From NCBI GenBank assembly GCA_023334545.1, contig JAADVB010000025.1, positions 55,495-119,494 on the forward strand: a stretch of 64,000 nucleotides of DNA, given 5' to 3'. Below, piece after piece: positions 12,231-23,146 of this stretch. Source of the stretch: Salisapilia sapeloensis CBS 127946 (Eukaryota > Protista > Oomycota). The position numbers and the translations under genes were made by a program. The notes beneath the pieces were generated by a model. It made no database searches. It was given only the letters and a program-made list of their open reading frames with translations, and was not told the DNA's origin. The first letter of the stretch is position 1; each line of letters opens with the position of its first letter.

Positions 12231-13376
12231 TCATTTGCTTTCCAATTTGGCGCCGTCAAGTGGCCAAGGAATTTGATGCAGTCGTTCGGCTAGTTCTTGA
12301 TATGGCTTCACACGCTGCTCCTTAGTCATCGCAGCTCTTCCACTTGAACTTGGAAGGACCCAAACTTCGCTTTCTCCACAAGGCCATGCTTCTGGCAAAT
12401 GCTCTTGTCTTCCAAAGCTTTCCACCTGCTTTCGTTAGATATGATGTGAAGTGGCTTATAATGAGCATCGTTTACTTTCTTAAGCGGTGGGTCGAACATC
12501 CAGCTGAATTGTCGCTTTCCACAGAACGCAATTAAGACCGGATAGTGGTCTTTATTGCATGGCTCATCTACTTGTTCACCATTATTGTGCTCCTCTGTGC
12601 ATACGCGGATTGCATGTTGTTTTAGTCGATAGATAAAATCTTCTCTCCATCTTTTCACTAGCATAAAGCAGACGCACAAATGAGGTTTGTTCATTCGATG
12701 CGAAAGGTCATTTCTTACTGACAATCTTTCCGTATGTGCCAGCATCGTTTCCAGGCTGTTCACATCGAGTTAGAAGAGGAGTGTGACGGAATCTTTGGGT
12801 GCATGCAGTACCTCTAGTCCAAGATCGGACATTCCTACACCAATGTCGCTAGGTAAAATATTTTGCACCGTAATGGGTGCCTTGTGCTCCACGATACCCT
12901 TCCATTGGGTGGAAAAGATATCTCCGGTCAATAGACTCCACATGCGATTGCTAGGATTGCTATCCAAATGGAAATAAAACCACATTTAACAAGACGCTCC
13001 AACGTTTGTGATACCCGCTACCAACCTATAGGAGTAACCAGCTGTATCGCCTTTACGGTCAGTATGATGTAATAAGCAAGATACGAACGAATCTGGCAAC
13101 GCACTTGTCCAAGCGTGTTCAGATGGATTGTGACCAACTATCAACAGACGAAGGCGTTTTTCTGGAAAATGCGGACAAGCTTTACACTCATCGAAGCAGT
13201 TTTGACAGATCGAGTGCCATCGTTCTTGCCATTTTCGCTTCTCATGAACTCTCTTCACCTTCTTTGGAGTCTCTTCCTGATACAGAAGCACAATAAGACT
13301 AAAATAAACATATCAACTACACAGTAATTATTGCCTCTTTCTCCACCTCTGGCTCTTCCTTTCGTTCTCTCTTCAT
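12231..13376 (-). CDS. G:T/U mismatch-specific DNA glycosylase (UDG family 2, MUG/TDG-like); about 6 introns, including a 16-nt micro-exon
   Basis: Spliced product contains LLIVGHNPS...GYSYSNPSNRMW, GVGMSDL, IAFCGKR and VWVLPSSSG, paralleling the MUG/TDG motifs GINPG, NRFW, GLTN and PxPSG. Basic/acidic N-terminal extension. Confidence 0.8.
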
Positions 13377-13473
13377 AGCTGAAGACGGATTAAAAATGAA
13401 CCGATCAAACATTTTTTCGTGTTTTGGTATGTGTCTGCTTTCTTAGTATGAAAAGCTGATTCTTTTCACTTTC

Positions 13474-16400
13474 TTACTCGGTTCTTACATCCGCCTCGAA
13501 GCGTGCCTCAGCGTCTCGAACTTCCTGATCCAGGTCAATCCACGACTCTGGGAACAAGTCTCCTGATATGACTCTCTTTGCCATATCCAACTTTGGTTCC
13601 TTGTGCTTTGGATTATTACACAAGTCAATTGTCTTGGCTTCGGCCTTCGTTTCGTCACTACACCAGGACTCGCACCAGAGCCACTCTTGCGGTAACGAGA
13701 AGATCGGGAGCTGATGCTGCATGTAGTTCGGCAGATCCTGGTCTAGATTCGACAGAGAGTTCGGATCGGCACTTAGCTGGTCGTACGTCGCACGCAGCTT
13801 ATCGCCTGCAGCAATCTGTCGGAAGAGCGCGAGGTCAACGACATACAGCGCCGAGATGTGGTACGGTTTGCCTCGTAGATGCTGGTTCCAGTATCCCTGT
13901 CTCCAGAACTGGAAGCCCAGGTTGCGACTATCACAGAATGGAGTATAGCCATAAGGAGCTCCTTGAAGGTCCATGTCCCACAGTTCCTTCAAGTCCGATC
14001 GTACGACTTGATCTGCATCCACGTAGATGATCTTCTGGACGCCAAGTGGGAAGAGGACATCTAGGAAGAGGATCTTATATCCCCATATAATCCGTTGCTT
14101 CTCCGTTTGTTGACGTAACCAGCTCGGCCATTTGTACGTCACGAGACGAATGTCCATGCCAAATTCTTTCTGTAGCGCTGGAATCGATTCTTTAAACGCA
14201 GGTGAGAGGAAGTTCTCGAGTAACCAAAACGTGACGGGATTGTCCGTTCGCTTGAGGACACTTAACATCATGATACGTAAGAAACGTTCGTACAAGTGGC
14301 CAGTAGCGAGAGAGAAGACGTGGATCGTTTCGCCACGTCTACCTTTATTCACCGCCGGATGTAGCTCTTGCGTCGGAAGCACTTGGTTGTTACCTTTTGT
14401 CGGTCGGAAGATGGAGACCATGGATTGCCAGTAGGAAGCAAAGAGGCCTTCGTCTTCCATCGAGTTATCTGATGCTCGAGACGGCTGTCGTCCGTCTTCA
14501 AACAAAAGGTGATCGAGCTCCTTTCCAAGTCGTTTATGCACAACTAACTGCGTGACGTCAGATTCAAAGCTCGAGACAACGACTGGGAGGCTAGCTAGTT
14601 CCTGCTCCAAGTCCTTCTTATCGACAATTTCAAACAACTCCGAGGCTCTTCCTTGAGCTAGAGTCAACGACCAGATGCCTGGTGTCGCTTGTAGTTGGAA
14701 GTACCCGAGGTTCTTCATCACGAGCGTGTCATGATGGAGTTTGACAGCACCTGCCTCTCGTTCAAGATTGAGCTGAAGTCCATTCGGTGGTGCGAACTGG
14801 TTGAACGTCGCGTCACGGCATTGGCCGTACACGAGCAAGTTCTGAAGTCGATACTCGGCTCCTTTGTTACTACGAATGTCTGCGGCATTATCTAAATCGA
14901 CACGAAGGTTATCTAGATCATCTTCCGATCGTTCTACTTGAACATTCCACGCTTCCGGAGTGTCGACATTCATCGTCAAGATCGGCTTCGCTGGTAGCTT
15001 TCGGAACTGGGCCATGGTAGACGAGTACGTTGGTTGGACGCCAAACACGTATCGGTAGAAACGTTGGAGAGGGAACTCGGCGTAGTCGGTGCTCGGAATT
15101 AGCACGAGCTCCACTGTTGCATGCAGCTGGTGGTGTAGTGTGAGTAGGAGAGAGCTCATGACTTGTGCTGTTTCAGAGAGCGGATCGACGTAGGCTGATA
15201 CGTGGAGATTCGTGTCACCAGGGATCGTCCGGACGGACTTGAAGCCACTGACGTCTGGTGTCGAAACACGTTTCGATCGCTTGTACCTGTCGATGAGACC
15301 GCACGCGACGACGATGTCGTGACTCATCCGATTGGCGATTTGTACTGACACGTCCTCGACAGTATCTAGGAAGACCTTTGCGATTGCTTGACTCCGATGC
15401 TTTGCTTCAAACGTTTGGATGGCTTGCATGGCATCTTCTGAGAGCGGACTGGCTGGGAGATCGACTGGAAGGCCATTGATGAACAGCATAGCAGGAGGGA
15501 GAGTGGATGTAGGAGATACATGGGCTTGAAGTAGCGTATGCATCTTTTCATATGTAGCTTTCGTTTCGCTGTTTATCAAGTTGATCGGGGTAGTGGTCTG
15601 TAAGATATCTCTTATCGACTTCCACATGTCACTGCCATCCGAAGACACTTTCTCGAGCGTGCTTTGGAGTCTCTTGATTATATCCGAGTACGACAGACCT
15701 TTTGCAGCAGCATCGAGAGCTTCCAGGATGAACGACAAGTGGGACTCTTCATCGGAAGTTTCGACGGTATCCAAAATCGCTGTGATTAGACTAGAAACAG
15801 CAGTGTCGACTGTGTCCTGCATCCACGGTAGAATACTAATACGACTGCTCTTATCTGTATCTTCTAGTACGACTTTGACAGCTTGATACGCACCATTCGC
15901 ATGGCGTTGGTTGGACAAGTCTCCTGAGAATAAGATCGATTGCATCTTTGGTGTATGCAACGACTCTGGTGCATGCAGATACTTCATTTCTTTCTCAAGC
16001 ATCAAAGCGAACTGACCATCACTGTCTCTATCCAGTAAACTCGACGTCCTTTTAGCCTTTGGTGACTCATTTGCCATGTCAAAGAGAGTAAAGTACGTCG
16101 AGTACGTCTCCTGAGCATCCAAAAGTTGTGTAATGAGGTCTTTATCTCCATCCAAATTGCCAGACTTGTACAAACTCTGATACTGCTCTTGATCTCGACC
16201 GAACTTCATCATAATATCCTCTTGAATACTCACGCCTGCGCTCAAGACGCCGTTAAACAAGGATGAGTCGAGCGGAAGTTGCTTTGATTTCGATAGTTGC
16301 ATCATTTCCATCACTCGATCATCGAAACGATCGCTTTGGAACGCCTCTACCGCTTCCTTTCGGCTCTCTTTTGTCTTTTCAGACGATCCCATCGCGTCTG

Positions 16401-18361
16401 TATAGCACGAGATGAGGTCATCGATCGTGATGCCATCACCTTGGAACACTGCAATGTTTTCCAAGAAGGTAAAGATCGGACGTGTACGTCCCTTTTGCTT
16501 CTCTCCTACTTCCTTGTCACGTAGTAAGAAGAGTAGCTTAGCTACATGCCATGAAGATGCTTGATGCATGATCTTTCGATCCTTTCGACTAGCTACCAAC
16601 TCGTCTACTTTTTCTTTACTTGCAGCATTAATGATATCCGCGTCTTGGAACACGAGACCGAACTGGAGTGGAGCTCCACGCATACGTAGTGTCAGCACTT
16701 GGTTCAAAGCGTTCCTCCCTTCGAGCGAAAGTGGATCGAACGCGAGAATTTGTTCATACATGTTGTGACGAAGGAAGATGAGATTCCACGTCGGCATACC
16801 TAATTGCGTCAAAGACGATGGCCAGTGCTTCGTATTTTCATCGCTCGACATGTCATTCAAATAGAACGGAGCATTGCCATCGACTGGACCACGGACATTG
16901 ATCCGAACACCACTATTAGAACGTTCTTCTTCCAACACATTTGCTAGCATCCTGTCTCGATCTGGATTACTTAGTGGCAATTCTTTGAGTTCAGACGACA
17001 ATTTATCTTCCTTTCGAAGTATCTGGGCGAAATCAAAAACATTAAATGCAACGGATGGATCTATCCGGATGCCATTGACGACAAATTTGTGCATCAAGTT
17101 GCTCCGTTGGAACTTTTGATGCAAGTCAGATACTTCTTCGCGTAATTCAGACGATATTTCTTTCGATGAGAAAGCTAGTTTCTTTGCATGACGTGGAAAA
17201 TCTTGTGATAAAGACTGGAGACGTTCCAGAGGTGCGTCGGAATCTATAATGTGTTTAGCAGCAGTGATGCCTAGATCCTGTAGATGCCACGCTTTGATCT
17301 CTTGCTCTTCCTCGTGCTGTGTAATGAGCTGCTTTTGGAAGGTACGTAGATCGGATTGGATTTTCGGATGTCGTTGACTTAGAGTATGGAATAAGAGTCC
17401 ATCAACGTCTTCATCCTCTTCGCTAGTGTCTACCACGACGTCATCGTCTTCGAGACTCTCTTTGGAATCGTCAATCGTCTTGTACTCCATATTCTTGATG
17501 TGGAGAGCAACACCATATCCTTGGAGTAGTGTCTCGATCGATGTGTCCTGTGGATAATGCCGGACGATGTACTGCACTTTATTTGATTTCGCTTCAGGTA
17601 CAAGTTTATCGTGGAAAGCGTAGAATTCAGACGTGCCGATGAGACTGTACAAGATGACAGTCGGCTGCGTGCCATCGTTAGAAAGATACTTGTGGTCGAT
17701 ATCCATCGCCACGTCGTTCACGCCGGCAGCAGCACACGACTGAGCGCTTTTACCTGTACCTTTCGCCAGCATATCGTCAACTTCATCCGCAGCGCATGCG
17801 TATGCCTCGACGCAACGATCTTCACGGTATATCACTGCCCATGACGTTGCATTCACACCGCATAGTCGGACATTTGAGTCCATCGCCAGCTACTTTCCAC
17901 GTCAGTACAACTCGATAGTTTGCATAGATGACTATCCAAGTACCTGCTTATGAAGCTCGACTTTGGGGGAGTAAGCTCGCATCGACAGCATAAGCTCTAG
18001 CATCTATCATGCGGAAATATGAGCATCATATCCATAGGAGTTCCCGTATGATCGCCACTACCTTGCTGGAACTTGGTGCAATGTCCGTGGCAATATCCAA
18101 CGCAACCTTTTGCATCTTTTCCATGTCATTCTTGCCTGCAATTTCTTGTAGCTCGTCACTCTTCTCTCGCAGACTGTCGACGTACGTCCAGAAAAGATGA
18201 GGCGAGTCCTCTGCGAGGAACTCACTCGCTTCTAGAACTGGAAAATAGGATGAACTTAGCCAGTTCGCCGTAAGGTTCACATCTATCCCTCTTCCGCATA
18301 CAATTGCACTCCAGAGGCTCCACCAGAGACCTCCAAAGACCAAGATCGCCCGCATCGTCAT
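13474..18361 (-). CDS. UGGT: UDP-glucose:glycoprotein glucosyltransferase; signal-peptide exon plus 2 introns at the 5' end; exact C-terminus ambiguous
   Basis: Hydrophobic signal peptide, LQGYGVALHIKNMEY, GYFQLQATPGIW, GHLYERFL, WGYKILFLDVLFP, IYVDADQ, LSNLDQDLPN and WLWCESWC. Confidence 0.93.
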
Positions 18362-18490
18362 GGCCGATTTCCTAGGATGAGAAGGGCGTAGTTTAGCTTA
18401 TATACGTTACGTATCTATAGTCAGTTTAAATGCGTATATTTAGCATCAGCACCGACGAGCTACACGGATAGCCGGAGGGAGGACGACTGC

Positions 18491-19489
18491 ATGGTGCATT
18501 TCTCCGATTTTGTACTGAGCTACTTGCCGCATGATGTGCGTCCAGAGCAGGTTGTACAGATCGTCGTGCTACTGACTTTCATGATACTCTATGGAGTTGT
18601 ATGGCTTGTGGAAGTCTATTTCGGGCAAGCGACGGCGTCTATCGCAATCGCGTGCATTGCGTTCGTAGTAGGAAGATGGTTATATCACCACGGAAATGGT
18701 GTCTTCGGATGGGATAATCCTCTCGTACGATCACCTCGACGGGATATTGCAGCCTTGGCTAGTGATGCGCAAGATGAGCAAGCCGTTCGACTCGTCTGCT
18801 TGTCCGATACGCACGGACGCCATCGAAGCGTAGACGTACCAGCCGGCGATGTGCTCATTCATTGCGGAGATTTTACCCACAGAGGTACTTTGGCTGAGAT
18901 TCGTGACTTTAACGACTGGCTTGGCTCTCTACCTCATCAGCATAAGATTGTAATCGCTGGGAATCATGACCTGTGCATGGACGGCGTCGAGTATGACGCT
19001 CGATGGGATACGACGTGGAAGCATGAAGCGTATAACGATCCATCCGTCGCGAGATCGTTCCTGACCAATTGCACGTATGTGGAAGAGAGAATGGTGTTTG
19101 TAAAAGGACTGCGGATCTACGGATCGCCTATGACACCGCAGATTCCAGGTCGAATCATGGCGTTCAATCATCCTCGTGACTCGGCAGCGCTAGAGCATTG
19201 GAAAAAAGTTCCGACGAAAGTCGACGTGCTACTGACGCACGGTCCTCCGCACGGAATCCTAGACCGGACTGTGACTGGACTGCACGTAGGAGACACAGCT
19301 CTTCTTCGAGAAGTCGTGTCTCGCTGTCGACCACAGTACCACATCTTTGGTCACATACATGAACACTACGGTGTGGCTCGATTAGGCTATACGACGTTTG
19401 TCAACTGTGCGTCGAGCACGTTAGTAGGCACGCCAGCGCATCCACCAATAGTGCTAGATGTCCATCCTCGCGTCGATAAAGAAGGATGA
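18491..19489 (+). CDS. MPPED1/2-like calcineurin-like metallophosphoesterase with N-terminal hydrophobic segments
   Basis: Motifs CLSDTH, IHCGDFT, IAGNHD, LLTHGPP and FGHIHE; intronless. Confidence 0.85.
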   Translation: MVHFSDFVLSYLPHDVRPEQVVQIVVLLTFMILYGVVWLVEVYFGQATASIAIACIAFVVGRWLYHHGNGVFGWDNPLVRSPRRDIAALASDAQDEQAVRLVCLSDTHGRHRSVDVPAGDVLIHCGDFTHRGTLAEIRDFNDWLGSLPHQHKIVIAGNHDLCMDGVEYDARWDTTWKHEAYNDPSVARSFLTNCTYVEERMVFVKGLRIYGSPMTPQIPGRIMAFNHPRDSAALEHWKKVPTKVDVLLTHGPPHGILDRTVTGLHVGDTALLREVVSRCRPQYHIFGHIHEHYGVARLGYTTFVNCASSTLVGTPAHPPIVLDVHPRVDKEG

Positions 19490-19708
19490 GAAGTGATGGT
19501 AGTTTGTAGCTCCAGCCTTTAAAATGTACATGCGAATGGTTGAAATACGATGAATACGCTTTAATCTAGTAGCATGTTCTTTGCTACGACCGACAAGCTA
19601 CATGCATCATGCCTTTCGTAGCTATTATCATCTAGTAACTGTCATCCAAGTCGATTTAAACGACTCTTCGTCACCAACTAGGCGTTGGCTCTATCTGCAT
19701 TCGTAGCC

Positions 19709-21116
19709 ATGTCCTTCCGAGAACTACGCAACTTGACGGAAATGATGCGAGCACTCGGGTACCCTCGCCCGATCTCGGTCGAAAACTTTCGTCAGCCCAA
19801 CTTTGAACTCGTGTCCGACTTGCTCTACTGGATGGTAAAGAAGTATGACCCTCGATCGAACTTGTCAGAGGAGATTGACACGGAGAACGATCGAGTGCAT
19901 TTCTTATCTCAAGTCGTGTCGGAAGTGATTGCGAAAGCTCGTATTCGACTGAACCCGAAGAAGTTGTATGCTGCAGATGGATATGCTGTGAAAGAGTTGA
20001 TTAAACTAGCAAGAGTGCTATACGATGCGTCTCGCGTGGATGCTTCGGAGACGGAAAAGATGGATGAAGATGAGGACGATGTGTCTTTGAAAAGCTTACT
20101 CGGCTCTCGTGTGCGAGACCCAAAGGCTCTTCGTCAGTTGGCATCGGACATTACGCAGAGTGGTGCCAAGATCTATGAGTTGTTGGAAGTGGAGCCCGAG
20201 GTACGGGAGCTTCGCTTGCAAGCTCTTCGTTTCTTGGATACCTTGTCGACAAATGGAGAGAATTCGGCTGAGCAGCGATACCTTGAGAGAAGTGTTCGAG
20301 AGCAGTTGCGAGTGGCTCAAGAGAATGTCGAAACGACGGAGCAGCAGTGCGTGGAGTTGGAAGCAGAAGAGAGGGCGTTGGCGGCAAAGATAAAGAAAGC
20401 ACAGACAGACCTGGAGCGAAGTGAGAAGAGATTAAAGAGCTTGCAACACGTTCGTCCGGCGTTTATGGACGAATACGAGCGGCTGGAGAAAGACCTCGAG
20501 CGCCAATACGCTGTAAGTTTCTCGTACTCGCTACCTTGATCGTATACTCATAGCATCCTAGATATACTGTGAGCGCTTTCGAAACCTGGACTACTTACAG
20601 CGAGAGTTGGATTTGCACAACACGCGTGAAATGAAGCGACTAGCGGAGAATGACAAGTCGTTAAAGAGGTTGCAAAAGAAGTTTAGAGATGATGAGCTCG
20701 CGATTTTGCGTGGCGAGCAAGAAGATCAGTTTGAAAGTGCTCCTGTAATGGAGAATGGAGAGAGTAAAGGTCGTGGAGACAACAACCGGAAGAGTATGAA
20801 AAGTACTAGTGAAGCGACAGCGAAGGACAATAAGAAAGAAGCCATGTCGGAGTCAGGAGACAGTGGGAGCGACGGTAGGGATGACGAGTCTAGTGACGAA
20901 AGCGGTGCAAGTGGCTCCGGATCTGAGTCCGGTAGTCAAGCAGCTCCAAATGCTTCCGACTCGGATGAAGTGTCGTTAGCAGACTCGGCTGATCTCGGTG
21001 ACAATGACGATGCGTCTGGATCAGAAGACAACGATTCTGGCGACGGCTCTGACAGCGGATCCGGATCACAGGATTCTGGCTCTGGCACGAACTCGGACTC
21101 TGATCATAACTTTTAA
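19709..21116 (+). CDS. CLUAP1: Clusterin-associated protein 1 / IFT38 (IFT-B); 1 intron
   Basis: MSFRELRNLTEMMRALGYPRPISVENFRQPNFELV, LYAADGYAVKELIK, VRPAFMDEYERLE, and an acidic Ser/Asp/Gly tail. Confidence 0.93.
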
Positions 21117-21281
21117 ATTGACATACCCTTTATCTTTCGGCATTGGTAACCTGGCGATCTACCTTTCAGACTTGTAGACGGACCAACAAAGGTGGCATCG
21201 CGGGAAATATGCACATTAGTAAAGTTTGAAATAATATAAATGCAAATCAGCACAAGACAAAATAACGGAACGCGGACCGAA

Positions 21282-23049
21282 ATGACAGAGCAGACGGCGG
21301 ATAATGCGGCGTTTAATCCGCCTCTCACTCGCTCAGACTCGTCCGGAACTGCTTTCGAGTCATGGGTCGGACACCGCCTGAAGAATGAATGGAGTTCCAG
21401 TGAACTTGGCTCTCTACTCACCAAGGAACGCATCGCAGACGCCGTCACGCGCTTCCAGCACTTGGAGACTCCTGTCAAGGTAGCTTTCATCAGTGAATTA
21501 GTGTACTGTATTGAAGGGGAGCTGATTGGTACTTGTATTTCTCTGCTACGTGGGAATGTATTGGACTCTAGGTGCGCTTCTTGTTGTCATTTTTAAGTGT
21601 ACGGGATGAGGAGATGGAGGAGAGCAAAACCGCAATTGAGGATATTGTGGCTGCTGCAGAGAAGGACACGGAAGAGGTTTGTTCATTTATTAGTGGTCTA
21701 CTCTTTTAGATACTAGCGTTCTTGTACTTACTCTTTTTCATGGATCATTCTAGTGGGTGAAAATTGCTGCTGGCACGGTCAGGCAGTACTTGTTAATGTC
21801 TCGACAGGGAGAAAAAGGGGATTCGTTCTTGTTAGACCAGTTAGAAGCATCTAGTGATAAGATTCTAGAAGCAGTGAGTGATCCGACGCAGCAGACGGAG
21901 CTCACGATCGATAACTTTGTGTCTTTCGAAAGCGCCATTCTAAACCCTTCTGTCCGACCTGAGATGGCCATCCAACCTACCCAACACTTTACTCTGGTGG
22001 AGGTGGCGGAGAGTAAAGAAGAACCGATCGAAAGTATGCTTTCCATCTATCCTATGTATTATATAAGTACTAACGTCATGGGATTAGATGTGATGGCAGC
22101 GAAGAAACCGATCGCCCATCGGAACTCTATCTCTCGGCCACCACCGTCTGCTTCCGTCGCGACGTCCCAGAGCCGTGGATCTATCTCGTCGACATCCCAG
22201 CGTCCACCCCGAGGCCGCAAGCACGTGACGGAGTTATCCGAGATCCGACGCAAGGCAGACGCGGGTCGGTTCAAGCGACAGCGAAGTCGTATCTCGATGA
22301 TCGACATCGATGAAGTGAAGCAGATCGAGTCGGATAAGGCGCAGCGTGCAGAGGAACGGAAGAAGCAGAAGGCTGTGCCAAAGGAAAAGGGTCAGATGTC
22401 TGCACCGACGCAATCGGATGGCGAGAATCGACTCGATATGGAGCTGCATGATAATGGAGAAGCCGATACGGTGTCTGCTTTAGCGGAGGGACTCCCGATG
22501 CCAATGCCAGATCCGTCTGGACCGTTCCAACAGATCGAGTACCCGTATGCGCAGCCTCCTCCGACGAACTTCCAGCAGATAAATGACGTCGGAAATACGC
22601 ACGAGTCATACGTTCCAGACGGGACACAGGCACTTTTGAATGCAGCGTTCCATACGCAGCACGACATGATGACCGAAGTGGTCGGTAGCCACTCGCAGTC
22701 GTCGGAACAAGACACGTCTTCCATGCTACCGACGATGCAGCAGAGGTACGTTCCGCAGACCATGTACCAGCATCCGCCGGATTACCATCGTGGGTTTGAA
22801 CCGGAGGACGCTGGTAGCATGCAGATGAACTACGGTCAAGGCTTCACAAACTCGTTCGGTGGACACTTTAACGCTCCGTCTGGCTTTGCTCAGCCACGAT
22901 CTTTCCAGCAAGGCTTTGGAGACGGCATGACGCAACCGCAAGGGTTCATGGAGATGCAAGCGGATGAGACACATGCACAGCAGCAGCCACCTCCGCCTGA
23001 CCAATATCAACGCGGATACGATAGCAATTCGTCCGAGTTCTGGAGGTAG
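21282..23049 (+). CDS. NELFA: Negative elongation factor A homologue; introns 21480-21571, 21677-21753 and probably 22034-22087
   Basis: Spliced N-terminus (EWSSSELGSLLT...VKVRFLLSFL...EKDTEEWVKIAA...FESAILN...QHFTL) follows my recollection of human NELF-A (LWAPPSIASLLT...VKLKLLLGTL...DSDPWVLMVA...LECQYLN...KHFQL). Also has a RSRISMIDIDEV motif. Confidence 0.7.
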
Positions 23050-23146
23050 GACGTCGATGAGGATAATGGAAAGGATATGCTAATGTTTGCACACGTGAAT
23101 ATGTTCAAAGTTGTTTTATTTGGATATGAGTACTTGTAGATGTGGA

